From assembly GCA_020628865.1 (NCBI GenBank), contig JAHDEJ010000009.1, forward strand, positions 80,039 through 144,038: a DNA stretch of 64,000 nucleotides. Reading direction: 5' to 3'. The notes under the pieces were generated by a model. The model did not search any database. It was not told where the DNA came from and saw nothing but the letters and a program-made list of their open reading frames with translations. The translations under genes were made by a program, and so were the position numbers. Below are positions 16,858 to 27,120 of this stretch, in pieces. The DNA comes from Acidimicrobiales bacterium. GTDB taxonomy: Bacteria > Actinomycetota > Acidimicrobiia > Acidimicrobiales > SHLQ01. Position 1 is the first letter of the stretch; each line of letters starts with the position of its first letter.

Positions 16858-16960
16858 CTGTGCAGCGCTATGTGCCAAACCGACACCCCACCCTGCACAA
16901 ATCCCCAACCAGCAGATCTGTGCAGCACTGTGTGCCACACCGACACCCCACCCTGCACAG
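16858..16960. repeat. two 43-bp direct repeats (60-bp period), each a nested palindrome
   Basis: 16858-16900 TCTGTGCAGCGCTATGTGCCAAACCGACACCCCACCCTGCACA and 16918-16960 TCTGTGCAGCACTGTGTGCCACACCGACACCCCACCCTGCACA differ at 3 positions. Each has outer arms TGTGCAG/CTGCACA and a C-rich interior CACCCCACCC. Confidence 0.9.
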
Positions 16961-16992
16961 ATCGCACTCGGCGGCGCCCCAAAACCCAAAGA

Positions 16993-17009
16993 GAGCCCCA
17001 GAGGGGCTC
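16993..17009 (-). terminator. second intrinsic terminator hairpin downstream of tRNA-Ile
   Basis: GAGCCCC/GGGGCTC stem. On the minus strand it is followed by TCTTTGGGTTTTGGGG. Confidence 0.5.
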
Positions 17010-17134
17010 CCGACGGCGCGTTTTGCGTAGCGGGAGCCGTTCGCTCCGCTCACTCACCAAGTTCGACTTCGTCGAACTCGCGGCAGCGGGTCGTGACGGC
17101 GCGTTTTGCGTAGTGAAGCGGAGCAAAAGGCGAA
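17010..17134 (-). ncRNA. candidate small structured RNA or read-through element between two terminators
   Basis: A 19-nt box GACGGCGCGTTTTGCGTAG is duplicated at 17012-17030 and 17095-17113 (83-bp period). The outer stem GCTCCGC (17043-17049) pairs with GCGGAGC (17118-17124). It encloses the hairpin GTTCGAC-TTC-GTCGAAC (17061-17077). No plausible ORF is present. Confidence 0.25.
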
Positions 17135-17153
17135 GGAGCCCCGAAGGGGCTCC
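17135..17153 (-). terminator. intrinsic terminator immediately after tRNA-Ile
   Basis: GGAGCCCC/GGGGCTCC 8-bp stem, 2 nt from the tRNA 3' end. On the minus strand it is followed by TTCGCCTTTTGCTCC. Confidence 0.6.
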
Positions 17154-17155
17154 CG

Positions 17156-17229
<74 letters not shown>

Positions 17230-17252
17230 GAAGGCGAAGTAACGGTACCGAC

Positions 17253-17843
17253 TCAACCCCGCCGGGGCAACGTCGAGACCGGACGAGCTGTCTCTTCTTC
17301 GACAACTGTCACACGGATGCCGCCGGTGAGGTCGCTGATCAGGTTGAGCAGGATGGCGACGAGGACGGCGAAACCGGTGGCGGCGACGGCCAGAACGAGG
17401 CCGCCGAGGGCCACGGCGTTGAAGATTTCTTCGCCTTCGATCGTGAAGTCTTCGAGGGCGAAGATCTCCTGGGCGAAGTTCTCGACGTCTTCGATGACGC
17501 CGGAGCTGTCGGCGGCGTTCCAGAGGAGCACGCCGGCGACCATGATGACGACCCACATGCAGAAGAAGAAGAGAAGCGACACCTTGAGGACGGACCAGGG
17601 CTCGATGTGGCGAACGAGTCGGCGGACCTTGCGGGCACGCAGCCGACGGTCCTGGAACCGCTCGACGATGGCGCCGGGTGCGGCAACGGAGGTCTGGGTG
17701 CGAGCGGGTACCGGGGCGTCCGTTTCGAAGAATTCGTCGAGTCGTTCGTCGAACTCTTCATCGGGCGCGCCGGTGGAGAACACGCTGTCTTCCTGATCGT
17801 CGATGGCCGTCACGCAGAGCAGTGTATTCGATACGGGGACCAT
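17253..17843 (-). CDS. DUF3566 domain transmembrane protein (Rv0007-like)
   Basis: Only the C-terminal 196 aa of ORF 17253..18794 are protein-like (IEPWSVLKVSLLFFFCMWVVIMVAGVLLW..LISDLTGGIRVTV). The ATG is at 17843. The position next to tRNA-Ile matches the actinobacterial gyrA-DUF3566-tRNA-Ile synteny. Confidence 0.8.
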   Translation of the reverse strand: MVPVSNTLLCVTAIDDQEDSVFSTGAPDEEFDERLDEFFETDAPVPARTQTSVAAPGAIVERFQDRRLRARKVRRLVRHIEPWSVLKVSLLFFFCMWVVIMVAGVLLWNAADSSGVIEDVENFAQEIFALEDFTIEGEEIFNAVALGGLVLAVAATGFAVLVAILLNLISDLTGGIRVTVVEEETARPVSTLPRRG

Positions 17844-17872
17844 CGAAAGACCGCCTTGGTGTGTCGGGTGAT

Positions 17873-18640
17873 TCAGCCCGATTCGGCGGGGAGGAAGACG
17901 ACGAGGAGCCAACCGTCGTGGTCGGGAAGCGCAAGCCGATGTTGTTCGAAGGTCCGGGTGCCGGCCGGGGTTCGGAGCACCCGCATCTTCGGGGCGAGTG
18001 GGGCCACATCGTGGCGGGTCCAGGCTGCTTCGAAGATGGGGTGGGCGGCTCGGAGCTCCTCGGCGAGTTCGTCGAGGACGGGGCTGGGGTGGCTGGTGCG
18101 GTGGGCACGGAACTGGCGGGTGAGGCGTTCGACCTCGTGTTCCCAGTCTCCGATGAGCGTGGGAAGGTCCGGGTCGGTGAGGAAGATGCGGAGCAGATTG
18201 GGGCGTTCGCCGGCATGGTCGAGCATTGGAAAGAGACGGGCTTCGGCGGCATTCCAGCCGACGAGATCCCAGTGGTGGTCGAGGATGTAGGCGGGGTTCG
18301 GGTCGAGCCCGTCGAGCAGCCGTTGGCTGGAGGGGTCGAGCGTCGAGTCGGCGACGTCGGCCGGAAGGTGCACAGCGGCGAGCGCGAACAGGTGCTGGCG
18401 TTCGGTTCGGCTGAGACGCAGTGCCGTGGCAAGGCCGGAGAGCACATCGGCGGAGACGCGGTTCGCCTTGCCCTGTTCGAGTCGGGTCAGCCAGGACACA
18501 CCCACGCCGGCGAGCACGGCGACCTCTTCGCGGCGGAGGCCGCTGGTGCGCCGGTGTCCGGTGGCGGGCAGGCCGACCGCGGCGGGGTCGAGGCGTTCCC
18601 TCCGGGTGCGGAGGAAGGATCCCAGTTCGGCGGCTTCCAT
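17873..18640 (-). CDS. XRE-family HTH regulator with MmyB-like C-terminal ligand-binding domain
   Basis: Starts MEAAELGSFLRTRRERL. HTH SGLRREEVAVLAGVGVSWLTRLEQGKA is followed by AYILDHHWDLVGWN, typical of MmyB-like regulators. It is divergent from the aminotransferase gene. Confidence 0.8.
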   Translation of the reverse strand: MEAAELGSFLRTRRERLDPAAVGLPATGHRRTSGLRREEVAVLAGVGVSWLTRLEQGKANRVSADVLSGLATALRLSRTERQHLFALAAVHLPADVADSTLDPSSQRLLDGLDPNPAYILDHHWDLVGWNAAEARLFPMLDHAGERPNLLRIFLTDPDLPTLIGDWEHEVERLTRQFRAHRTSHPSPVLDELAEELRAAHPIFEAAWTRHDVAPLAPKMRVLRTPAGTRTFEQHRLALPDHDGWLLVVFLPAESG

Positions 18641-18743
18641 CCTGTTGAGGGTAGGCGACCACGAACGATCTGTTCCTACCACTGGTGGTACCACCATCGT
18701 CTGGGTCTTCCCCAGGGAAACCGGCGCTGCGAGCGTGAAGGCC

Positions 18744-19937
18744 ATGTCCACCACCCTCGCCCGCCCATCGAACCTGCTCAGCCGCCGCGCCCAAACGGCC
18801 ACGTCATCCGCGATCCGAGACCTGCTGCGCCATGCCCAACGCCCGGGAATGATCTCGCTCGCCGGTGGCCTTCCGGACGCACAGCGCTTCCCGCTCGACG
18901 AGATCGCTGCGGTGACCGACTCGGTGATCCGCTCGGCAGGACGTCGAGCGCTGCAGTACGGGATGACCGGTGGTGAGGAGTCCACCCGCGCCGCTGCCGC
19001 CGACGTCCTCTTCGACGATCAACCGAAACCCGACGATCTCGTCGTCACCACCGGCTCGCAGCAGGCACTCGACCTGCTCGGTCGGGTGATCCTCGATGCC
19101 GGCGATGTCGTGGTGTGTTCCGACCCCGACTATGTCGGCAGCCTCCAGATCTTCCGCACCCACCGAGCTGCGCTGCATGGCATTCGCACCACGCCGATGG
19201 GCTTCGACACGGTGGCGTTCGAGGCCGACCTGCGGCGTGGTCTACGCCCCAAGGCCTGTTACGTCGTGCCCCACTTCCACAACCCGTCCGGGACCCGCAT
19301 GCCCCGAGACGCCAGAGAGCACCTGGCCGAGCTGTCGTCCCACTATGGCTTCGTCCTGATCGAAGACGACCCGTACCGCGAGCTCCACTACGACGGGCGG
19401 GAACCCACAGAGTCCGTCGTCGACCCAGAACTGCACGTGCGGCTTCGGAGCGTGTCGAAGACGCTGGCCCCCGGTCTGCGGGTGGGAGTCATGGCCGCGC
19501 CGGAGTGGATCCGAGATGCCGTCATCTCCGCCAAGCAGTCGGCCGACCTCCACACGAGCACCCTCACGCAGGCGATCGCGGCCGGCTGCCTCCGTGGCTC
19601 CTGGTATCCGGAACACATCGCCTCGCTTCGGGTCGACCACGGCATCCGCCGCGATGTGCTCTGCTCCGCCCTCCAACGCGAGTTCGGTGACCGGGTCCGG
19701 TTCACCCATCCCGCCGGAGGAATGTTCGTGTGGATCGACGCGCTCGACGGCGTCGACTCGACCGAACTCCTGACGCACGCGTTGGAAGAGAACGTGTGCT
19801 TCGTTCCCGGACCCGCCTTCGCGGTGGACCGGGACCTGTCGATCGCGCTTCGGCTCAATTTCACGAACGCCAGCGAGGAGGACCTGCGTGAGGGCGTTGC
19901 TCGACTGGGACGAGCCCATCGTCGAGCCAGTGCCTGA
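18744..19937 (+). CDS. PLP-dependent aminotransferase (class I/II, 2-aminoadipate/aromatic type)
   Basis: SSAIRDLL..MISLAGGLPD, TTGSQQALDL, HNPSG and the SVSKTLAPGLRVG Lys motif are present. The ATG at 18744 was chosen inside the longer ORF 18426..19937. Confidence 0.85.
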   Translation: MSTTLARPSNLLSRRAQTATSSAIRDLLRHAQRPGMISLAGGLPDAQRFPLDEIAAVTDSVIRSAGRRALQYGMTGGEESTRAAAADVLFDDQPKPDDLVVTTGSQQALDLLGRVILDAGDVVVCSDPDYVGSLQIFRTHRAALHGIRTTPMGFDTVAFEADLRRGLRPKACYVVPHFHNPSGTRMPRDAREHLAELSSHYGFVLIEDDPYRELHYDGREPTESVVDPELHVRLRSVSKTLAPGLRVGVMAAPEWIRDAVISAKQSADLHTSTLTQAIAAGCLRGSWYPEHIASLRVDHGIRRDVLCSALQREFGDRVRFTHPAGGMFVWIDALDGVDSTELLTHALEENVCFVPGPAFAVDRDLSIALRLNFTNASEEDLREGVARLGRAHRRASA

Positions 19938-19940
19938 CGG

Positions 19941-20537
19941 TCAGCAGGCCGTGATGATTCGCATCACGTCCGAGTAGCCGCCACCCATGTACACATCCCA
20001 CGTCACCGTGTTGGTGGACAGCGTCAGCGAGTCGTTCCCCTCGAACGGGTGCCCGCTGGCCGACGGGTAGGTGGTGCCAGGGACCTCCATCCAACTGCTC
20101 GTAGACAGCTGCCCGCTCAGGTAGATCAGGCCGAGGATCGGCGACGAGAAGGTCATCGAGCCCTGCAGGCGTCCGTTCGACAAGCGGTCGGCGTTGAGAT
20201 ACCAGCTGCAGACTGCGGTCCCCGCAGGGATGAGCGCGGACTCGTTGGAACCACCGCCGAAGGACCCGGGTGTCGCCCGGTTCACGCGGAGGTCAGCGGT
20301 GAGCACCGTGCACGGAGACTCGGCAAACGCTGACGCCGTGGCATTCGACTCCAGCACGTTCATGGCGACCGATGCCGGCGGAGGGTCGTAGAAGGTCACG
20401 CCCGTCATCCCGATCAAGCCCGAACCAGACGGGGAGGCCGCAGCGACCCGGTCAAGCGTCAGCACCGACGGCGCAACCCACGCCGACGCGGCGACGGCAC
20501 CACCGGCGAGCGTGAGTCGGCGTCGAGTCGTGTCCAC
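19941..20537 (-). CDS. secreted protein of unknown function (Tat-like signal)
   Basis: MDTTRRRLTLAGGAVAASAWVAPSV is a twin-arginine signal-like N-terminus. The rest is Ser/Thr/Gly-rich and looks beta-rich. I recognise no family. Confidence 0.55.
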   Translation of the reverse strand: MDTTRRRLTLAGGAVAASAWVAPSVLTLDRVAAASPSGSGLIGMTGVTFYDPPPASVAMNVLESNATASAFAESPCTVLTADLRVNRATPGSFGGGSNESALIPAGTAVCSWYLNADRLSNGRLQGSMTFSSPILGLIYLSGQLSTSSWMEVPGTTYPSASGHPFEGNDSLTLSTNTVTWDVYMGGGYSDVMRIITAC

Positions 20538-20609
20538 CCCGAACGGTTCGGACAGACCGCGGTCCTCGTGACGTGAACGTCGTTCGTTCGCAAGGACTAC
20601 GGTCGATGC

Positions 20610-21515
20610 ATGGTCGAGCTTGCGGTCTCCTCGTCGTCGCTCACCTACGAGTACGCGCCCGGTGTAGGAGCCGTCGACCTCGATCTCGCCGTTCCAGCAG
20701 GTCGGATCTACGGGTTTCTCGGGCCGAATGGTGCCGGCAAGTCGACGGCCATCCGGATGCTCACCTCACTCGTCCGACCACAACGCGGATCGGCCTCCGT
20801 GATGGGGCTCGACCCATGGGTGGACGCGTCCCGACTTCACGAGCGACTCGGTGTGCTCGTTTCCGACCAGCCGGCACCCCGCCACCACACAGGCGCGTCG
20901 CTGCTCCGACTCCTGGCAAAGCTCCGCCGCCGGCCGGACGTTGTCCCGAATGGCGAAACACTCGCAGAACGTCTCGGACTCAACCTCGAGAAGCGCGGCC
21001 ACGAACTCTCCCTCGGCAACCGGCAGAAGCTGGGTCTGGTCACCGCACTCGCCCACGAACCGGAACTCGTGATCCTCGATGAGCCCACGAACGGACTCGA
21101 CCCACTGCTCCAACGAGAGATCGGCGTGCTCCTGCGGGAGCTCACCGCCCAGGGCCGAACGGTGTTGTTGTCGTCGCACTCGCTGCATGACGTCGAGGCG
21201 CTCGCCGACCACGTCGGGTTCATTCGAGATGCCCGACTCGTCGAGCAGCTTCCGCTGACGGAGCTGGCCGAACGAGCCGTCCGTCGAGTGCTGTTCCGAT
21301 TCGACGAGCCGGTCGACTCGGCGGCATTCGAACGCGTCCCCGGCGTTGAACACGTGACCGTCGCCGACGACGGAGAGGTGGCCGTGCAATATCGGGGTCC
21401 CGTGGCCGCGCTGCTCTCCCGAGCCGGACAGTTGGGAGCGACCACGATCGAAGCCCACCCGGTCGAGCTCGAGGAGACCTTCCTGGCCCTCTATCGAGGC
21501 GAGGCGTCCGAATGA
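20610..21515 (+). CDS. ABC transporter ATP-binding protein (ABC-2 type exporter)
   Basis: Walker A GPNGAGKST, signature LSLGNRQKL and Walker B LVILDEPTNGLD are all present. Confidence 0.9.
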   Translation: MVELAVSSSSLTYEYAPGVGAVDLDLAVPAGRIYGFLGPNGAGKSTAIRMLTSLVRPQRGSASVMGLDPWVDASRLHERLGVLVSDQPAPRHHTGASLLRLLAKLRRRPDVVPNGETLAERLGLNLEKRGHELSLGNRQKLGLVTALAHEPELVILDEPTNGLDPLLQREIGVLLRELTAQGRTVLLSSHSLHDVEALADHVGFIRDARLVEQLPLTELAERAVRRVLFRFDEPVDSAAFERVPGVEHVTVADDGEVAVQYRGPVAALLSRAGQLGATTIEAHPVELEETFLALYRGEASE

Positions 21516-22294
21516 TCGCACTTTCCCTCGACCTGCTGCGGTCCCGTCGAACCCTCGTGCTCGGCATCTGTGCCGGCATCCTCCTCGTCGCCGTCGGCTA
21601 CCTGGCGCTGTATCCCAGCTTCGAGAAGCAGCTGCAGACCTTCGCCGATGACCTTCCCGACGCCTACCGGGCACTGCTCGGCGACATCGACCTCGCCACG
21701 CCGGAGGGGTACATCCGCAGTCAGGTGTACAGCCTCATCGCACCGCTGCTCATCGCCGGAGCGTCGATCGCCGTCGGCTCCGGCCTTGCCCGGGCGGAAC
21801 GGGACCAGACGCTTGCGGTGCTCGCCGTGACGCCGCTCCCCCGCCGGTCGCTGGCCGGCGCATGGTGGCTCAGCCTGATGCTCGTGGCCGGCGCCGCCGC
21901 CCTCACCGCCATCGTCGGGGTCATGATCGGTGCCCCACTCGCCGGGGCCGACGTGTCGATCGGCCGGATCGTCGCGGCCACACTGCCGCTGTTCGCCTTC
22001 GGTGTCCTGGTCGGCAGCGTGGCTCTGCTCGTCTCCGTCCTCACCGGCGCCCCCGGCAGCGCCACGGGTGCCGGCTGGCTGTTCATCGTGGCGTCGTTCG
22101 TTCTCAACTCCGTTGGCGAGCTGATCGATTCCGCCTCGTGGCTCACCTCGGTGAGCCCCTGGAGCTGGCATGGTGCCGGCGCGCCGATCACCGACGCGTT
22201 CGATGGTTGGGCGTTCCTCGCACTCGTGGTCGGTGCTGCGCTGGTCGGTGGCCTCGCCTTGTGGCGGTTCGAACACCGCAACCTGCATCTCTGA
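21512..22294 (+). CDS. ABC-2 family transporter permease
   Basis: 260-aa polytopic membrane protein, start/stop-coupled to the ATPase gene. Confidence 0.75.
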   Translation: MIALSLDLLRSRRTLVLGICAGILLVAVGYLALYPSFEKQLQTFADDLPDAYRALLGDIDLATPEGYIRSQVYSLIAPLLIAGASIAVGSGLARAERDQTLAVLAVTPLPRRSLAGAWWLSLMLVAGAAALTAIVGVMIGAPLAGADVSIGRIVAATLPLFAFGVLVGSVALLVSVLTGAPGSATGAGWLFIVASFVLNSVGELIDSASWLTSVSPWSWHGAGAPITDAFDGWAFLALVVGAALVGGLALWRFEHRNLHL

Positions 22295-22301
22295 CAGAGA
22301 C

Positions 22302-22607
22302 TCACGGAAGTCGATAGCGAACCGCAGCCGCCTCGGCCACGGCGTCGTCCACTCGAACTCGCACCTGCACACGTTCGCCGGTGCGATCGATCGAGATCAG
22401 GACGGCGTCGTTGGCGGCAGCCGCCCGCCGCGCCGCGCTATCGTCGGCGGCTGCGCCGGCCAGCGCGGCTGCGTCGGCCGCCGTCGCTGCTCGACCCGCA
22501 TCGATGGCCGCGTCGCCGACCCGGACCAATCCGAGCATGCCGAGCGCCGCAACAACGATCCAGATGGCCGCCAGCACACTGACCGACCCTCGTTCACGGG
22601 CACCCAT
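22302..22607 (-). CDS. Rv3654c-family TadE-like protein
   Basis: ERGSVSVLAAIWIVVAALGMLGLVRVGDAAIDAGRAATAADAAALAGA.. matches the helicase/secretion-neighbourhood TadE-like pattern (ERGS + TM + Ala-rich + short beta C-terminus). It starts 48 nt downstream of gyrA. Confidence 0.6.
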   Translation of the reverse strand: MGARERGSVSVLAAIWIVVAALGMLGLVRVGDAAIDAGRAATAADAAALAGAAADDSAARRAAAANDAVLISIDRTGERVQVRVRVDDAVAEAAAVRYRLP

Positions 22608-22654
22608 GTCCCCGCACCTTTCACGATTGTGACGATGGGGGAAGTGGAAGGACC

Positions 22655-25198
<2,544 letters not shown>

Positions 25199-25255
25199 GT
25201 GAACCTCCTCTGAGCACTTCGCCGCCCCGTCAGAGCAGCGAACTACACCGAAGTG

Positions 25256-25261
25256 ATTCTA
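25256..25261 (-). promoter_or_regulatory. -10 hexamer TAGAAT upstream of gyrA
   Basis: Minus strand reads GGTCAGGTAGAATCACTTC, about 58 nt upstream of the gyrA ATG. Confidence 0.3.
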
Positions 25262-25476
25262 CCTGACCACAGTGCCAGTCAGCCGTGTGGGGGCGGCACG
25301 GACACCGCCATCACCAGATTCCGTGGACGTCCCGGATTCCTCACCCGATGGCCGAAGACATGGTCGGAATCGGACAACCGATGGTCAGGACCGGACACCG
25401 GTCGAAGTCGAACGGGTCGCCACCCCTACAGTGAGCGCCCCATGCGGACGGTCCGGCATTCGTCGAGGAAAGCGAG

Positions 25477-26349
25477 GTGAGCATGGGAGTGGCCCACGGA
25501 GATGAACGGCCGATCGAGATCGAGTTCGCACCTCAAGGCAAGCCCGGGCTTCCGGTGGAAGTCCTGCGTCGCTCCGCACTCGTCGCACGGATGGCCAGCA
25601 GGGAGATCGCGACACGTCAGCGCGTCGGATTCCATCAACTGCTGCTCTGCACGCAGGGAGCCGGCACCCACATGGTCGACTTCGAGCCGGTCGTCTTCGA
25701 GCCGGGCACGATGGTGCGCATCCACCCCGGCCAGGTGCAACGGTTCCTCCCCCACGAAGGCTTCGATGCCCGAATGGTGGTCTGGCCGCCCGAATCCCAC
25801 CACGCCGACCCGACGGCGGCCGCCTGGTACCCCGGTTCGTCCGCACCAACGAGGTGGCAGTTGGATGCCCGCCTCCAGCAGCACGTGAATGAATGGATCG
25901 ACGGCCTCGAGGCCGAGCAGAGGCGGTTCAAGAACACCCCAATCCACCGCAGTCTGATGCAGTCGATGTTGTGTTCGATGCTGATGCGTTTGGCGATCGA
26001 ACTTCCCGACGCCTCCCCGACCGGCACGCGACTGCCACAGGCCTATCTCGACTTCCGGCAGATCATCGAGACTTCGCTCTACGAACGGCCAACGGTCGTG
26101 TCGCTCGCCCACGAGCTCGGATACAGCACCCGCACACTCGATCGGGCCTGTCAGCAGGCCTCCGGTCGAACGGCCCGGGACATCCTCGATGACCGGTTGA
26201 CGCTCGAGGTTCGCCGCCTGCTCACCCACACGGATCGACCGTTCGCCCGGATCGGCGCCGAGCTGGGATTCACCGACCCGTCCAACTTCTCGAAGTTCGT
26301 GAAGCGAAATCTCGGTCAGGTGCCGACGGAGATTCGATCACAGAGCTGA
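25477..26349 (+). CDS. AraC family transcriptional regulator (cupin-like N-domain)
   Basis: The C-terminal double HTH is visible (VVSLAHELGYSTRTLDRACQQASGRTARDIL..IGAELGFTDPSNFSKFVKRNLG). It is a paralog of the regulator at 38067-38900. Confidence 0.9.
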   Translation: MSMGVAHGDERPIEIEFAPQGKPGLPVEVLRRSALVARMASREIATRQRVGFHQLLLCTQGAGTHMVDFEPVVFEPGTMVRIHPGQVQRFLPHEGFDARMVVWPPESHHADPTAAAWYPGSSAPTRWQLDARLQQHVNEWIDGLEAEQRRFKNTPIHRSLMQSMLCSMLMRLAIELPDASPTGTRLPQAYLDFRQIIETSLYERPTVVSLAHELGYSTRTLDRACQQASGRTARDILDDRLTLEVRRLLTHTDRPFARIGAELGFTDPSNFSKFVKRNLGQVPTEIRSQS

Positions 26350-26351
26350 TG

Positions 26352-27113
26352 TCAGCGGAAGTGACTCTTGGGTCGGACCTGGAGCTCACCGTCGATCGTC
26401 AGGTCCACGGCCTCGTTGTAGAAGCACACCATGCCGGCGATCGGCATGACCTCGGGCCGCGGCAACGTGTAGGTCCAGGCGATGTCTCGATGCACCTGAT
26501 CGTTGATCAGCGCTGAGAAGAAGTTGGCGTCGCCCTTGTACGGGCATGACCCCTGCGTCGCCGTTGGTGACAGGAGGTCGAGGCGGACGTCGGTCTTCGG
26601 GAGGTAGTACCGGGCGGGAGCGCCGGTCTCGAAGAGCACGGTCGGGTTCTTGGAGTTGGCCACCTCGACCCCATCGAGTTCGACGACGACGTGCCGGGAG
26701 GAAGCGAGTGCGTCCACGCGGGTGTAGGGGCTCCGAGGGTGGACGTACACCTCGATGTTCTCTTCGAACCAGTGATCGAGCGCATCGAAGTCGATGGCGA
26801 AGTGACCTCCGAGTTCGGGATGACCGGGGTACGTGCGGGCCACATGCGGGAGGAGTCCGGCATCGGTCAACAGGTCGTATCGCAGCGCCCCGTCGGGGAG
26901 GTCGGCGACGACGGAGTCCGCAGCCGCAATGAGCTCGCCGTTGATGTGGTCCCGGGGGAAGAACCACCACGGCCAGTACGGCACCTCCCACACAAAGAGG
27001 AACTGCCGGGAGTCCACGATCGTCTGTCCCTGGTACAGGCCTCGGATCCACTTGTCGCCGGGGACGACCTGCGGAGTGCCGACCGGCGTGGTCGACGGAT
27101 CATCCATTTCCAT
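26352..27113 (-). CDS. tandem DUF427 domain protein
   Basis: Two DUF427-like halves (KWIRGLYQGQTIVDSRQFLFVWE..YWPWWFFP and VVVELDGVEVANS..RYYLPKTDV..GSCPYKGDANFFS..WTYTLP). The ATG at 27113 was chosen and lies 7 nt after the upstream stop. Confidence 0.7.
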   Translation of the reverse strand: MEMDDPSTTPVGTPQVVPGDKWIRGLYQGQTIVDSRQFLFVWEVPYWPWWFFPRDHINGELIAAADSVVADLPDGALRYDLLTDAGLLPHVARTYPGHPELGGHFAIDFDALDHWFEENIEVYVHPRSPYTRVDALASSRHVVVELDGVEVANSKNPTVLFETGAPARYYLPKTDVRLDLLSPTATQGSCPYKGDANFFSALINDQVHRDIAWTYTLPRPEVMPIAGMVCFYNEAVDLTIDGELQVRPKSHFR

Positions 27114-27120
27114 CGTCGAT

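Noticed and set aside
16990-17155. tRNA-Ala or another tRNA downstream of tRNA-Ile
   Set aside because: This position is expected from actinobacterial synteny. However, I could not fold a cloverleaf, and no T-loop GTTCGAATC, D-loop or TGC anticodon arm is present. I treat it as an unknown structured element instead.
17844-18794. N-terminal 317 aa of the 513-aa ORF 17253..18794
   Set aside because: The extension is Arg/Pro-rich junk in an alternative frame of the MmyB-like regulator gene. Only the last 196 aa (DUF3566) look like protein.
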